From contig CBDDDG010000002.1 in assembly GCA_965226555.1 (NCBI GenBank), forward strand, positions 97,298 to 161,297: DNA of 64,000 bases, read 5' to 3'. The translations under genes were made by a program, and so were the position numbers. The notes under the pieces are model-generated. The model had not been told where the DNA came from and made no database searches. It was given only the letters and a program-made list of their open reading frames with translations. Within the stretch, counting starts at the first letter, position 1, and each line of letters opens with the position of its first letter. Of the stretch, positions 32,350 through 43,425 are shown piece after piece. This DNA is from Salinispira sp. (GTDB lineage Bacteria > Spirochaetota > Spirochaetia > DSM-27196 > Salinispiraceae).

Positions 32350-33411
32350 TTAATGCGATCCGTTCCGCAATGTCCGCATTTCCTCATCGCTCAGCCCGGT
32401 AATTCTCTGAACAGCCTCGGTCGACAACCCTTCCAAAAACATACTGCGAGCCGTTTCTCGAATGCCTTCTTCACGACCTGTCCGCAGTCCTTCCTGCCTG
32501 CCCTTTGTGATACCCTGCTCAAGACCTTCAACACGGCCTTTCAGAATACCTTTCTCCATTCCTTTCAGAATACCTTTCTCCATTCCCTGCTCAAGACCCT
32601 CAATCCGGCCCTTCGCAATACCTTCCCTGACGAAGGCGTTGGTAATATTATATGTCCTCATACTGTTTTCTCCTTCAGGATATAATTTCCTGTCAATTTT
32701 CTCAAACTGTTCATACAGTCCCAGATCCTTCATATAACCCAGCACACTCTCTGCCAGATCAGTAAAGTCTTGTGAAGACAGACCGTTCAGGAGCTGCGCA
32801 ACCTCTTTCAGCCCCTCAGCATCCATCTCATTGTCTCTCATTATATACCACAACGCAGTCGATGTATATCGTTTTCCATCGAAGCGCCATGCCAACTGCT
32901 TCTTTGTCATTCTACAAAGATCGCGCACAATGTACGACACTTTCACCCTGACATCCACTGTGCCTTCGGTAAGGGATTCGGAAGCAGCATTTCCATGCGA
33001 ACTATAAAATGTGAGTGGGAGGTTCCATTCCTTTTTTCCGTGGTAAAGCAGAAGGATATAGATAGCATCATTTTCATTGTACACATTGCTGTTTCTGAGG
33101 GCATATTGATAGTCATCGATCTGTGTGAGAACGTGTTTGTGCTGGTAGCTTTTATGTTCAATAATAAATAGGGCCTTCCGATCTGGGGCTGACAGGAAGG
33201 GGGCGCTGACAACGAGATCGCAGTGAAGATTCTTTTTTCCTGAAATGTAGCTGGGGGTTTCAATGCGGATTTTGTCCAGATCCAGCTTGGTAAGAGTCGT
33301 ATCCTCACAGAACAGCCGCAGTAGGTCGAGAATCATACGGGGGGTTCTGTAGTATGCGATCTTGAAGGCTATGTCGTGGATGTGGCCTGTGCTGTGGGAT
33401 GATTTTTTCAT
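32350..33411 (-). CDS. Rpn/YhgA-family nuclease (copy C, intact); nested AAGGAG+ATG at 32661
   Basis: HDIAFK, CDLVV, IIEHKS, LLYHG..EW, G(M/I/R)(E/L)KG repeats; AGGAGG SD. Confidence 0.88.
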   Translation of the reverse strand: MKKSSHSTGHIHDIAFKIAYYRTPRMILDLLRLFCEDTTLTKLDLDKIRIETPSYISGKKNLHCDLVVSAPFLSAPDRKALFIIEHKSYQHKHVLTQIDDYQYALRNSNVYNENDAIYILLLYHGKKEWNLPLTFYSSHGNAASESLTEGTVDVRVKVSYIVRDLCRMTKKQLAWRFDGKRYTSTALWYIMRDNEMDAEGLKEVAQLLNGLSSQDFTDLAESVLGYMKDLGLYEQFEKIDRKLYPEGENSMRTYNITNAFVREGIAKGRIEGLEQGMEKGILKGMEKGILKGRVEGLEQGITKGRQEGLRTGREEGIRETARSMFLEGLSTEAVQRITGLSDEEMRTLRNGSH

Positions 33412-33644
33412 AAACATTCCTCCTACATCTGTGACGGGTAAAATATCATTCTTGACTATGTTTTTGAAAAAAATTGAAAGAATGTTGTGATTTTTTTCGG
33501 GGAGTCGGGAATGTGGGCTGGTATGCTCTGTGTTGATATACTTCTTGCTCATACTATATAGACGGGTAAAATATAAACGGTGTATGACAAAATGAGAAAT
33601 TTTTGTAATTATTTTTATTATTTTGAGATATTACTATTGACCTG

Positions 33645-33808
33645 ATCCGGACGCATGGCGAGCAGCTCCGATCAGCCGTCTTATCGAAGAAAAAAGGCAG
33701 GCACGGGGCTGGTCGGCGCTCCGCGCCTGCTCGCCCAAGCATCCGGGGGAAAATCCGCGCCTGCCTGAGTTGAATTGCAGCGTTTCAATAGCCGCTGCGG
33801 GAATGAAA
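33645..33808. repeat. GC-rich repeat cluster plus the conserved lipoprotein 3' element
   Basis: CCGGACGCATGGCGAGCAG; CGCCTGCCTGAGTTGAATTGC...TCAATAG..CTGCGGG as at 21620 and 23530. Confidence 0.7.
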
Positions 33809-35539
33809 CTAATACCATGACGGAAACGGTGTCTTTCCCTTTTCGGTGCCCACGCCGGAACCCGCGAACATACTTCCTTTGTTTCCGGTATATTTGCCAT
33901 TGGTATCAAGCGTCCAATGTTCCCCCCACTCCTCAAGATTTTGATTAAATGCCCTTGCGTTACTGAACATACTGGATATATTCGTTACCAAACTGACATC
34001 CCAGCCAGAGATATTGGCATTGAAGAAACTTGCGTTAAGGAACATAAAGGACATATTCGTTACCGAACTGACATCCCAACCGGAGATATCGCCATTGAAT
34101 GGGCTGAGAACGAACATATTTGATATATTCGTTACCGAACTGACATCCCAACCGGAGATATCGCCATTGAATACGGTTGCGTTATAGAATGTATATGACA
34201 TATTCGTTACCGAGCTGACATCCCAGCCGGAGATATCGCCATTGAATGTAGTTGCACTATAGAATATATTGGTCATATTCGTTACCGAGCTGACATCCCA
34301 GCCGGAGATATCGCCATTGAATGAGCTATTGTTAGTGAAGACACTGCTCATATCCGTTACTGCCGTGGTAATAATGTAGTTGAGATCGGCAGTTGGTCCC
34401 CATGCAGTTATCCCCGTAGCTACCGCGGCGTCCAGTTCATCGTTACCGCCATCAGTATTAGCAGCACCAGCACTACCATCACCATCGTGAGGACTCACGG
34501 TAACGTAGAAATATTCGGCAAACAGGAATGTAGCTGTATCTCCGGTTCCAGTAGTGCCATATACCAGATATATTCCTGCCGTTGTACCTGCGGTAACCGT
34601 AACAAGTCCGGTACTTTCATTAACTGTCGGCGGGGTGACCGTTCCGGGCGGAGTTACGGTGGTTACGGTAATGTTTCCTGAGTCATCGACCCCGTGAGTG
34701 CCCGTGGTCACATAAACGCTGAGGTTCTCACTGGCAATAATAACATTAACAGCATCTGAAAGGCTTACAACCCTTGATGCACCCGCAGGAGTCTGTGTCC
34801 TTTGCGGCCTTCCTATTGCAAATGGAGACCATGGTCCAGCGCCAACCGCATTGACGGCGCGCGCCTGTACTCCGTAGGGGATCCCGTTTGTCAGTCCCGT
34901 AATGCTGTGGTATGTACCGGTGATACCTTCGGTAATTTCCGTCCATGCTCCGATGCCTATGCGATATCGCAGCTCATACCCGGTAACAGCACTGCCGCCG
35001 TTATCTTCCGGCGCAGTCCATGTAGCAACGAGCTGCTCAGGGCCCGCATAAAGGGTTGGAGCATCCATTGTACCCGGCGCGGCAGGGGGCACCACAGTTG
35101 GTGGCGCAATAGGGCGTGCTGTGGACGATGCCGACCACGTACCCGCACCTCCCGCGTTGACGGCGCGCACCTGCACAGCATAACTGAGGCCGTTTGTCAG
35201 ATCGGTAATGGTATGGCTTGTGCCGGTAATACCGAAGGTAATCTCCGTCCAGCTCTCGCTGCCGAATTCACCATAGCGCAGGTTGTACGCGGTAATGGCG
35301 TTGCCATCTTTTTTGTCTACCTCATCCTCATTCCATATAGCGGCGAGCTCAGCCCATGAGGCAGTAATCTGTCCGTCTCCCGCTACGAGTGCTGGCGCAA
35401 ACATTGTAGGGGGAGCATCCGGCGTAGGGGGAGCATCCGGCGTAGGGGGAGCATCCGGCATGGGACACCCCGCAATCAACATAATAACCATTGCACAGAA
35501 AGTGAAAAGAGTTATTCCTCTGTATGACATAATTTTCAT
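33809..35539 (-). CDS. FN3 x2 + DUF285/BspA-repeat surface lipoprotein
   Basis: Lipobox LIAGC, PDAPPT x3, FN3 repeats, five FNG/ADISGWDVS-type repeats, ends in PSWY. Confidence 0.85.
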   Translation of the reverse strand: MKIMSYRGITLFTFCAMVIMLIAGCPMPDAPPTPDAPPTPDAPPTMFAPALVAGDGQITASWAELAAIWNEDEVDKKDGNAITAYNLRYGEFGSESWTEITFGITGTSHTITDLTNGLSYAVQVRAVNAGGAGTWSASSTARPIAPPTVVPPAAPGTMDAPTLYAGPEQLVATWTAPEDNGGSAVTGYELRYRIGIGAWTEITEGITGTYHSITGLTNGIPYGVQARAVNAVGAGPWSPFAIGRPQRTQTPAGASRVVSLSDAVNVIIASENLSVYVTTGTHGVDDSGNITVTTVTPPGTVTPPTVNESTGLVTVTAGTTAGIYLVYGTTGTGDTATFLFAEYFYVTVSPHDGDGSAGAANTDGGNDELDAAVATGITAWGPTADLNYIITTAVTDMSSVFTNNSSFNGDISGWDVSSVTNMTNIFYSATTFNGDISGWDVSSVTNMSYTFYNATVFNGDISGWDVSSVTNISNMFVLSPFNGDISGWDVSSVTNMSFMFLNASFFNANISGWDVSLVTNISSMFSNARAFNQNLEEWGEHWTLDTNGKYTGNKGSMFAGSGVGTEKGKTPFPSWY

Positions 35540-35693
35540 AATGTACCTTCTTCAGCTAAAATAAGTATTAGCTGGAAGCAGTATAGTTGAAACTTTGGCA
35601 AAGTACAGGGTTTTTATAAAAATTTTAATCAAAAAAGGTGAATTTTAGAAAAAAAATTTCCAATGAGGGTTCTCTCATCTATGGCGAATCCAT

Positions 35694-36680
35694 CTATCCC
35701 TTCACCGAACCTGAAGTAAGCCCGCTTACGAGATATTTCTGGATGTACAGATACAGCACAATAATTGGAACAGCGCCGATAAGCGCACCCGCCGAAAATA
35801 CGCCCCATGCGCTGCTGTATTCGCCGTTGCGGATAAAGAGCGTCAGCCCGACCGCCAGCGTAAACTGCCGGGAATCCTGTAGAATAATCTGCGGAATAAG
35901 AAAATCCGAATACGATGCAATGAAGGAAATGAGCGCAACAACAGTCAGAATCGGTTTGACCACGGGAAGAATAATGCGGGTGTACACCTGCCAATTACTG
36001 GCGCCGTCCATTTTTGCCGATTCATCGAGACTTCTCGGCACTGAATCGAAATAGCCCTTCATAAGCCAGGTATTAATACCCATGGCTCCGCCGATGTACA
36101 CAAGAATGAGCCCGCCGTGGCTGTTAAGACCGAAGGCTGGAAACACCTCGCCTATCGCCTGAATGAGGAGAAAGGTTGCCACCATGGTGAGCGCATTCGG
36201 GAAGACCTGCACCAGAAAGACGGTGAGCAGAAGTTTTCGCCTGCCCGTGAAGCGGAAGCGTGAAAAGGCATAGGCGCTTATGGAGCAGATAAAAATCGTA
36301 ATGAGCGCAGTGGTAATTGATATTTTCAGACTGTTGAAAAGCCAAATACGGAAGGGATGGGTGTCGCTTGTCAGGAGCAGACGGTAATTATCGAAATTGG
36401 CATTTTTCGGGATGATCTGCTGATTCACCATGGAATTTCGCGGATCAATTGATGCCGAAAAAATGAGCACTGCTGGAGCAAGCGCGATAAAAATGGCGAG
36501 CAGGGTCAGAGAGACACGCATGATATCGCCGCCGAGATGCCGGACATTGTAGGGTTTCTTCCTTTTCGGCTGGCGCGGATCGGGTCGGCGCGGGGTCGAT
36601 TGACGCGTGGCCGGCTGGCGCGTGGCCGGCTGGCGCGGATCGGGGTTGTTCTGCGTTGTGGTGATGCTTGTGTCAGACAT
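35694..36680 (-). CDS. malG: Maltodextrin ABC permease (MalG)
   Basis: WLFNSL, AYAFSRFRF, WLMKGYFDSVPRSLDESAKMDGA, GLTSGSVKG. Confidence 0.92.
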   Translation of the reverse strand: MSDTSITTTQNNPDPRQPATRQPATRQSTPRRPDPRQPKRKKPYNVRHLGGDIMRVSLTLLAIFIALAPAVLIFSASIDPRNSMVNQQIIPKNANFDNYRLLLTSDTHPFRIWLFNSLKISITTALITIFICSISAYAFSRFRFTGRRKLLLTVFLVQVFPNALTMVATFLLIQAIGEVFPAFGLNSHGGLILVYIGGAMGINTWLMKGYFDSVPRSLDESAKMDGASNWQVYTRIILPVVKPILTVVALISFIASYSDFLIPQIILQDSRQFTLAVGLTLFIRNGEYSSAWGVFSAGALIGAVPIIVLYLYIQKYLVSGLTSGSVKG

Positions 36681-38289
36681 TTTCTGAAATCTCCTCCCAG
36701 ACCTTTGTGTATCTGAATTGCAGCGCGGTGATGGTTGCCAATATAATAAATATGATAATGGTCACTGCTGATGCATAGCCGAAATCGGCACCGCGGCCGC
36801 CTGAGAATGCCAGACGGAATATATAGGTTATGAGAATGTCGGTATGTCCGGCGGGAGTTGTCGTATTCGCAATGGGCGGACCGCCCTCACTGTAAATATC
36901 GATAACGGTGAAATTGTTAAAATTAAAGGCAAATGAGGCAATAAGAAGCGGGCCGACTGCAACCAGTAAAAGCGGAAGTGTAAGATTCCAGAAACGCTGC
37001 AGCGGATTGGCGCCATCTATGCGGGCAGCTTCGTATATCTCCCGCGGAAGCGATTGCAGGGCGCCGGTACAGATGAGCATCATATACGGATACCCCAGCC
37101 AGGTCTGAATAATAATAATGCCGATCTTCGCCCACAGAGGATCAGAGAGCCACAGGGGACTACTTCCGAAGGTGTTTTCCAGAAAAATAGTAATAACTCC
37201 GATGTGGCGCTGAAACATTCCCCGCCAGATATTCACGCTGATGAAGGCCGGTATTGCGTAGGGAATGAGGAGGAGTGAGCGAACCAGCCGCTTCGCCTTC
37301 ATACGGGGATGATCAAAAATAATTGCAAAGAAGAGCCCGAAGGCAAAGGAAAGCAGTACCGAAACTCCGGCAAAAATGAAGGTCCAGACGAAGACCCGCA
37401 CAAATGGCCCCCTGAGCGATGGGCTCGTTATGAGACGGGCAAAATTCTGAGTGCCCACAACAACCGAAAAGCCGGGGCGGATAATGCTGCCGTCATTGGC
37501 TGTAAACGTGCCCGCAACCGGCTGGTACAGCTTACCGTCTGTACGGTCGGTAATGGTGTCGTCAGCCGTATTGTAGTTATAACGGCTCACCCGCTCCTGC
37601 GCCGAGTCGAGCGATTGTATGCTGACAATGCGCGGCGGCTGACCAAAACTCATAGTACTGAGGCTGTTAATGAGTTGGAGCGCTTCAATTCTGTTCACGC
37701 GCTGGTATGTATCCGGCGCCCCCGGCGCCCCCTGACCCCCCTGCGCCCCCGAAAGCGATTCAGGAATGCCGTCTGCATCTCGGCTGCCGACATCCACGCC
37801 GGCGGCGTCCAGCTCCTCAGCCGCCCGAACAGGCTGATCGGGAAGGACAAACCACGCTCTGCCCTCATCATCCTGCAGCCAGAGCGCAAATTCTCCGGCC
37901 GTGTTGCGGTAGGCTGTCCATGAATAATTACCTGCGCCCTCCGGTAAATAGGTAACCTTCTGTATCTGCTCAAGAGCCTGAACCTTACTCAGAATATGAC
38001 CGTCGCCATAGTTTGTGAATGCCGTGTATACCGTACCGAGGGTGGGGTACACCAGCATAATTGTCATAAGAATAAGTCCGGGAGCAAACCATTTGTAGGG
38101 GTATAACTTCCCGGAGAGAAATACGATGTTAAGACTCACGGTAAGAATACATACAATAAGGGCCAAGGCGTAGTTCCCGTCTCCGATAAAGGTAAATATG
38201 GAGAAGAGAACTAACGCGTCAATGACCCCTAAACATACGATTCGAAGGGTAAACTGTATAATTCCGCCTGTCCGAATCCGAATCGCCAT
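36673..38289 (-). CDS. malF: Maltodextrin ABC permease (MalF)
   Basis: AFTNY, large periplasmic loop, WLGYPYMM, EAARIDGA, FAFNFNNF, GHTDIL. Confidence 0.92.
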   Translation of the reverse strand: MAIRIRTGGIIQFTLRIVCLGVIDALVLFSIFTFIGDGNYALALIVCILTVSLNIVFLSGKLYPYKWFAPGLILMTIMLVYPTLGTVYTAFTNYGDGHILSKVQALEQIQKVTYLPEGAGNYSWTAYRNTAGEFALWLQDDEGRAWFVLPDQPVRAAEELDAAGVDVGSRDADGIPESLSGAQGGQGAPGAPDTYQRVNRIEALQLINSLSTMSFGQPPRIVSIQSLDSAQERVSRYNYNTADDTITDRTDGKLYQPVAGTFTANDGSIIRPGFSVVVGTQNFARLITSPSLRGPFVRVFVWTFIFAGVSVLLSFAFGLFFAIIFDHPRMKAKRLVRSLLLIPYAIPAFISVNIWRGMFQRHIGVITIFLENTFGSSPLWLSDPLWAKIGIIIIQTWLGYPYMMLICTGALQSLPREIYEAARIDGANPLQRFWNLTLPLLLVAVGPLLIASFAFNFNNFTVIDIYSEGGPPIANTTTPAGHTDILITYIFRLAFSGGRGADFGYASAVTIIIFIILATITALQFRYTKVWEEISENV

Positions 38290-38291
38290 GC

Positions 38292-39497
38292 TTACTGATT
38301 AATCAAGGTACGGACCTGTGAAGCAGCATTTTCAAAGGCTTCCCGCGCAGTAACCTGACCCTGCATAACAAGCGTTACCGCATCGCCCCATGATGCCCAG
38401 ACAGCAGACATTTCAGGAATAGCCGGCATGGGCAGGCCTTCGATCCCGGCTGCGCCAAAGGCAAGCATGTCCGGATCGCTGACCTGTTCCAGAGCAGGAA
38501 GATATGCCGGAGGACGCCCGCCTTCTTCATAAAGAACACGCATGGGTTCGGCGGCTGCCACAAATTCGGTAAGAAAAGCTATCGCCATGGGTATATTTTC
38601 GCTGAACGCGCTCACCATAAAGCCCTGTACTCCGAGGAAGGGTCTTCCTCCGCCGGGAATGGGAGCAATGCCGTAGTCAATACCAGATTGGCGGATTCGA
38701 TCCAGCGCCCAGGGGCCGGTAATGATCATGGAAGCGTCACCGGTTTCAAAAAGAACATGGTAGCCGTCCCAATCGAGACCGGAAATGGTGTAACCATCGC
38801 CAATTAAATCTTCAAGCCAAGTAAGTGACTGAATTGAACCGCTGTTATCTATACCGACATCATCTGCCCGATAGGTACCATCGGGGTTAGCGCCGAACAC
38901 ATAGCCGCCGAAAGCAGTCTGAATGGGAAAGAAGTGGTAGGGATCACCTTCCTGACGGACAAAGCCATAGGGCGCAGAACCGGAATTTATGGTTGCAATG
39001 CTTTGTTCGCGTACCTCAGCCCAGTCGGCAGGCAGCTCAGAAACAAGGTCCTTGTTGTATATAAGCGCAACATTCTCAATGGCATAGGGCATTCCATAGA
39101 GCTCACCATCGTAGGTAAAACCGGCAATGGCAGCAGGGGCAAAATCCGCTTTTTTGGCACCAAGATCAATGGGCGCGATAATACCGCTGGCAACCAGCTC
39201 GCCAAGCCAGTCATGAGCGCCAATAATAATATCGGGGCCTTCGCCTGCCGGAGCTGCTACCTTCAGATTATCACGAATGTCGCCGAATCCGAGTTCCTGT
39301 ACAATAACGGGAACACCATATTTTTCGGTGAACTCAACGCCGAGACCTTCCAGAATGGGGTAACGGGTATTATCTGCCCAGATAACAAGCTCCGCGCCCT
39401 CTTCTATATCAAACGATCTCCCAGATTCCTGAGAGCCTCCCGCAAACACGAGGAATGCGGCACATATGAACAAACCAAGAAATAGTACTTTCTTCAT
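38292..39497 (-). CDS. malE: Maltose/maltodextrin-binding protein
   Basis: GPDIIIGAHDWLG, LIYNKDL, ITGPW, PFLGVQG, MPAIPEMSAVW. Confidence 0.9.
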   Translation of the reverse strand: MKKVLFLGLFICAAFLVFAGGSQESGRSFDIEEGAELVIWADNTRYPILEGLGVEFTEKYGVPVIVQELGFGDIRDNLKVAAPAGEGPDIIIGAHDWLGELVASGIIAPIDLGAKKADFAPAAIAGFTYDGELYGMPYAIENVALIYNKDLVSELPADWAEVREQSIATINSGSAPYGFVRQEGDPYHFFPIQTAFGGYVFGANPDGTYRADDVGIDNSGSIQSLTWLEDLIGDGYTISGLDWDGYHVLFETGDASMIITGPWALDRIRQSGIDYGIAPIPGGGRPFLGVQGFMVSAFSENIPMAIAFLTEFVAAAEPMRVLYEEGGRPPAYLPALEQVSDPDMLAFGAAGIEGLPMPAIPEMSAVWASWGDAVTLVMQGQVTAREAFENAASQVRTLINQ

Positions 39498-39509
39498 TTT
39501 ATTCCTCCT

Positions 39510-39557
39510 TGAAAGTTTTGCTACTGGAAACTGTGCTCTGCACAATTTTCCAATGCA
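39510..39557. repeat. Partial nested-hairpin repeat upstream of malE
   Basis: GAAAGTTTTGCTACTGGAAACTGTGCTCTGCACAATTTTCCAATGC. Confidence 0.7.
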
Positions 39558-39615
39558 CTATCTGAATTATACCAAAGTATTCAATTATATACCAGATGGC
39601 AGGGATAATTCCCCC

Positions 39616-41490
39616 CTATGTTCCAATAAGGCGATAACTCTTCGCAGGAATTTCAAGCGCCGTATCATCGCCAAGCGGACTGCCTCCGCGCAGATCTTTC
39701 TGCATTTCAGGAAGCCGGGGAACAAAACCCTTCTTCTGCCCGCGGTTTATATATACAAAGACCCGTTCTCCATATACGGTTTTGTTATTGCTCTGCGGCT
39801 GTATCTGCGGCTGTATCTGCGGCTGTATCTGCGGCTGTATCTGCGACTGTATCTGCGGCTGTATCTGCGAGCGGGAAAATGCAATAATATCCTCATTTTC
39901 CGTATTCAGCCAATGGAAGGCTCCTCTGCCGATAAGAGAATTGTTCCGGCGGAGAGCGCAGAGTTCCTTCATACCCGAAAGAATTTCCTGATCCCAGGAA
40001 TTCTCATCCCAGTTCATCGGCAGGCGATTGCCATGGGGCAATTTTCCGCTCATACCCACCTCCGTTCCGTAGTACAGAATGGGAGTTCCGGGAAACATCA
40101 TAATAAATGCATACGCGAGAAGGAGTGTGTCCCGATCATCGCCTGCCGCCGTAAGAAAGCGATCGGTATCGTGCGATTCAATAAGATTCATCATTGCCAC
40201 ATTGACTGGCCAGGAATAGCGCATAAGCGCATCTGAAAGGAGCTCACGCATGTCGGACGCGGATAGTGTTTTCGACACAAAAAAATTCATGCAGGCATTT
40301 TTTACCGGATAATTCATAACCGCATCGAACTGAGTACCGTCAAGCCAGAATCGGGAGTCATACCAGACCTCGCCGACAATGTAGGCATTCGGATTTTTCT
40401 CCTTTACTGCCCTGCGGAAGGCCCGCCAGAAGTCCGGCGAGACCTCATCGGCAACATCCAAACGCCAACCGTCAATATCACATTCCCGCATCCAGTAACG
40501 AACAACGTTAATAAAATAGTTCTGAACTTCAGGATTACCTGTCCGCATACGGGGCATGAAGGGAGTAAAGGCAAAGGCCTCATATTCAAGAGCGCGGGCG
40601 CCCTCTTTATGCTCCAGCCAGCCCTCCCAGCCGCATTCTTCAAGGGTCTTTACCCGTTTTTCAAACTCAATGGGGAATGTGTTGATATGGAACCAGTCGG
40701 CATACGGCGATTCCTTACCCCTTGCCAATACATCCTGAAATGGAGGGAAATCGGAACCGCAGTGATTAAACACCGCATCGAGAACAACACGAATGTTCAT
40801 GGCATGAGCCTTTTCGATCATTTCACGCAGATCTTCATTCGTGCCGAGCATCGGGTCAACCTTGTAGTAATTGGTAGTATCGTAACGGTGGTAGGAACTA
40901 GCTGTGAAAATGGGGGTAAAATACAGGGCAGAAACACCTAGTTCCCTGATATACTCAAGTGAGTTAATGACCCCCCGAAGGGTACCCCCCCAATTGGCAA
41001 CATCATGTGCTGAAACATCCAATACATCCCAATTCGTCCCCCGGAAACGGTCGGGGAAAATGAGGTAGAAAACCGAATTGGATACCCAAGCAGGCGGGAG
41101 AAAAATGTCGGTTTCGCTCAGATGCTGATAGTGAAAACAGCGCTCGCCGTACAGACCCTTGTCAGCATTGCGCGTCAGCCCGAACTCACCGTACTGAAAG
41201 GAACCCGAAGACGTTTCCAGAACAAAATAGTAGGCGTAACGGCTGTGCGGAAGGCTGATGTCAGTTGCGAACCAGTCGTGATGAAGGCCTGCCGCGCTGA
41301 GCGTCATGGATTTTTCATGGAGATTGTGCCAGTAAAACGGATCGCCGAAAACTACCCTGACATGGTCTGCCTGACCCGCTGAAACCTGAAGACGGAGATG
41401 CAGGGTATTCCTGTCGGCAGCATAGGCAAAGGAACTGCGGGGAATGTGGAGAGCCTGAATGGGAAGAGGATGACGATCCCGATAATTCAT
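39616..41490 (-). CDS. GH13 neopullulanase/cyclomaltodextrinase-type glycosidase
   Basis: IFPDRF, YHRYDT, DAVFNH, DGWRLDVA, VGEVW, ESHD; QPQI 12-bp repeat at ~39793-39868. Confidence 0.92.
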   Translation of the reverse strand: MNYRDRHPLPIQALHIPRSSFAYAADRNTLHLRLQVSAGQADHVRVVFGDPFYWHNLHEKSMTLSAAGLHHDWFATDISLPHSRYAYYFVLETSSGSFQYGEFGLTRNADKGLYGERCFHYQHLSETDIFLPPAWVSNSVFYLIFPDRFRGTNWDVLDVSAHDVANWGGTLRGVINSLEYIRELGVSALYFTPIFTASSYHRYDTTNYYKVDPMLGTNEDLREMIEKAHAMNIRVVLDAVFNHCGSDFPPFQDVLARGKESPYADWFHINTFPIEFEKRVKTLEECGWEGWLEHKEGARALEYEAFAFTPFMPRMRTGNPEVQNYFINVVRYWMRECDIDGWRLDVADEVSPDFWRAFRRAVKEKNPNAYIVGEVWYDSRFWLDGTQFDAVMNYPVKNACMNFFVSKTLSASDMRELLSDALMRYSWPVNVAMMNLIESHDTDRFLTAAGDDRDTLLLAYAFIMMFPGTPILYYGTEVGMSGKLPHGNRLPMNWDENSWDQEILSGMKELCALRRNNSLIGRGAFHWLNTENEDIIAFSRSQIQPQIQSQIQPQIQPQIQPQIQPQSNNKTVYGERVFVYINRGQKKGFVPRLPEMQKDLRGGSPLGDDTALEIPAKSYRLIGT

Positions 41491-41669
41491 AATTGATTAT
41501 ACACCCAATAGCGTCTCAATGTCTGTTATGGAATAGTTGCGAGCACACGGGCTCAAATGACGCATATTTATCGATATATGTTCCTGTATATGATCTTCAT
41601 ATTCACCTCCTAATAGAAACTTTATCATCTATATTCTTGATTCTCTCAATGATAACACGCATTGGCCGC

Positions 41670-43091
41670 TTATTCTGTCTCTGTCTTAGGCGGACGGGCG
41701 CGGGTCGCTAAGTTATAGGCAAAGATTTTTCGATTAGAATTATTGCCCACCCACATTGTTGTTTCATTCGAATAGATGCCAAAAGCGCTAGTATTCCCCA
41801 TAGTAGAAAGTATGTTATTGAAATCTTTTGAAGCATTGTAGGTTACCGTGATACTTCCTGCGTTATCTATTGTGTAGTCGTAGGCATAAATTTTGTTATC
41901 CTGTGCATCCGACATATACATTGTTATCCCGTTTGACCATATTGAGCGAGGGTCATTATTCCCGGCAGCAGTAAGTATGGCGGGATCGAAATCTTTTGAC
42001 ATATTGTAGGTCGCCGTGATAGCGCCTGCGGTATCTATCGTGTAGTCATAGGCATAAGTATTTTTCAATACATCCACCACCCACATTGTTGTCCCATTCG
42101 ACCATAAACCAAAAGGATTAGAAATACCACCAGTTGCGGTGAATTCTTTGTTCGTATCGCGCGCTTTGGTCTCCATGGTGTAGGCATAAATTTTGTTCGT
42201 TGAATTAATCACCCACATTGTTGTTCCATCTGACCAGATGCCAAGGGGGTTAGTATTCCCTGCAGCAGTAAGTGTGGCGGCAGTGAATTCTTTTGGTTCA
42301 TCGCGCTCCTTGGTCTCCATGGTGTAGGCATAAATGTGGTCAGCGAGACTATCCAGCACCCACATTGTTGTTCCATTCGACCAGATATCTGTGATTCTCT
42401 CATTCGCGGCAGCAAGCGTGAGAAAATCGTCTCTGTGATCTCCTAATGCATTATACCCGTCCCGATTATAGCCGTTGGCATCATAGCCATTTTGTCGGTA
42501 CCCGTCCCTGTCATATATATCTCCGGTCACCCGGTGATTACCGTCAGCATCGAAACCGTTGATGTCGTAACCATTGATGTCATAGCCTTTGGCGTTAAAG
42601 CCGTTTGCGTCATACCCCTGTTCATCATAACCATCATCGCCGTATTTCGTTCCGGTGTCGCGGTGATCGCCTTCAGTGTTAAAACCGGCTGCATTGTAGC
42701 CGTCTTTGTCGTAGCCGTCTCTATTGTATTTCGTTCCGTCACGATAATTGCCGTCAGCATTAAAGCCATTTTTGTCGTAACCCTGTTCGTCGTAGCCCTG
42801 TGGGTTGTATATCGTGTTGGTGTCTCGGTGTTTGCCGTCAGCGTTAAAACCGTCCGCGTTGTAGCCGTCTTTGTCGTAGCCGTAGAGATCGTATATCGTG
42901 CCGGTGCCGCTGTGAATGCCATCGTCAAAAAAACCGTACTGATCACAGGCGGAGAACGTGAGCATCAAGACAAAAACACAAAGGATTCCCAGCAGCAGAT
43001 GCGGACTTCGAAGATGTTTCCGGCGGTTCAGGCTCTGCGCGGGTGTCCGCACTGGTCTATTGTTACAAGTTGGAATGGAATATGAATTCAT
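41670..43091 (-). CDS. Repeat-rich lipoprotein (G[YF][DN]xxG repeats + WS[ND]GTTMWV beta-propeller-like repeats)
   Basis: Lipobox FSAC; GGAGG SD; repeats visible in the translation. Confidence 0.75.
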   Translation of the reverse strand: MNSYSIPTCNNRPVRTPAQSLNRRKHLRSPHLLLGILCVFVLMLTFSACDQYGFFDDGIHSGTGTIYDLYGYDKDGYNADGFNADGKHRDTNTIYNPQGYDEQGYDKNGFNADGNYRDGTKYNRDGYDKDGYNAAGFNTEGDHRDTGTKYGDDGYDEQGYDANGFNAKGYDINGYDINGFDADGNHRVTGDIYDRDGYRQNGYDANGYNRDGYNALGDHRDDFLTLAAANERITDIWSNGTTMWVLDSLADHIYAYTMETKERDEPKEFTAATLTAAGNTNPLGIWSDGTTMWVINSTNKIYAYTMETKARDTNKEFTATGGISNPFGLWSNGTTMWVVDVLKNTYAYDYTIDTAGAITATYNMSKDFDPAILTAAGNNDPRSIWSNGITMYMSDAQDNKIYAYDYTIDNAGSITVTYNASKDFNNILSTMGNTSAFGIYSNETTMWVGNNSNRKIFAYNLATRARPPKTETE

Positions 43092-43304
43092 ATCGTTTTA
43101 TTCCTCCATCAATTTTATATTCAATACTATATCATCGGACATTGAACATTGTCAAATGTTCGGCTATATGGGAAGCTCCGGAAACTCGGGTATTTCACAC
43201 TGCATCACGGAAATAGCGTTTTCTCAGGTTCCACTATACGCCATTATCATCGAATAACAATTTTATGTCAAACCCTGCTGTCATTTTTATGAGATACTAA
43301 TATT

Positions 43305-43425
43305 GACCAGCCCGGCTGCATGGCGAGCAGGCGTGCAACGCCGACCAGCCCGGGACGCATGGGCGAGCAGGTGCGGAGTACCGACCAGCCCCGGACGCAT
43401 GGGCGAGCCGGATGCTTGGTCGAGC
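43305..43425. repeat. GC-rich repeat cluster
   Basis: GACCAGCCCGG...GCATGGCGAGCAGGCGTGCAACGCC x3. Confidence 0.75.
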
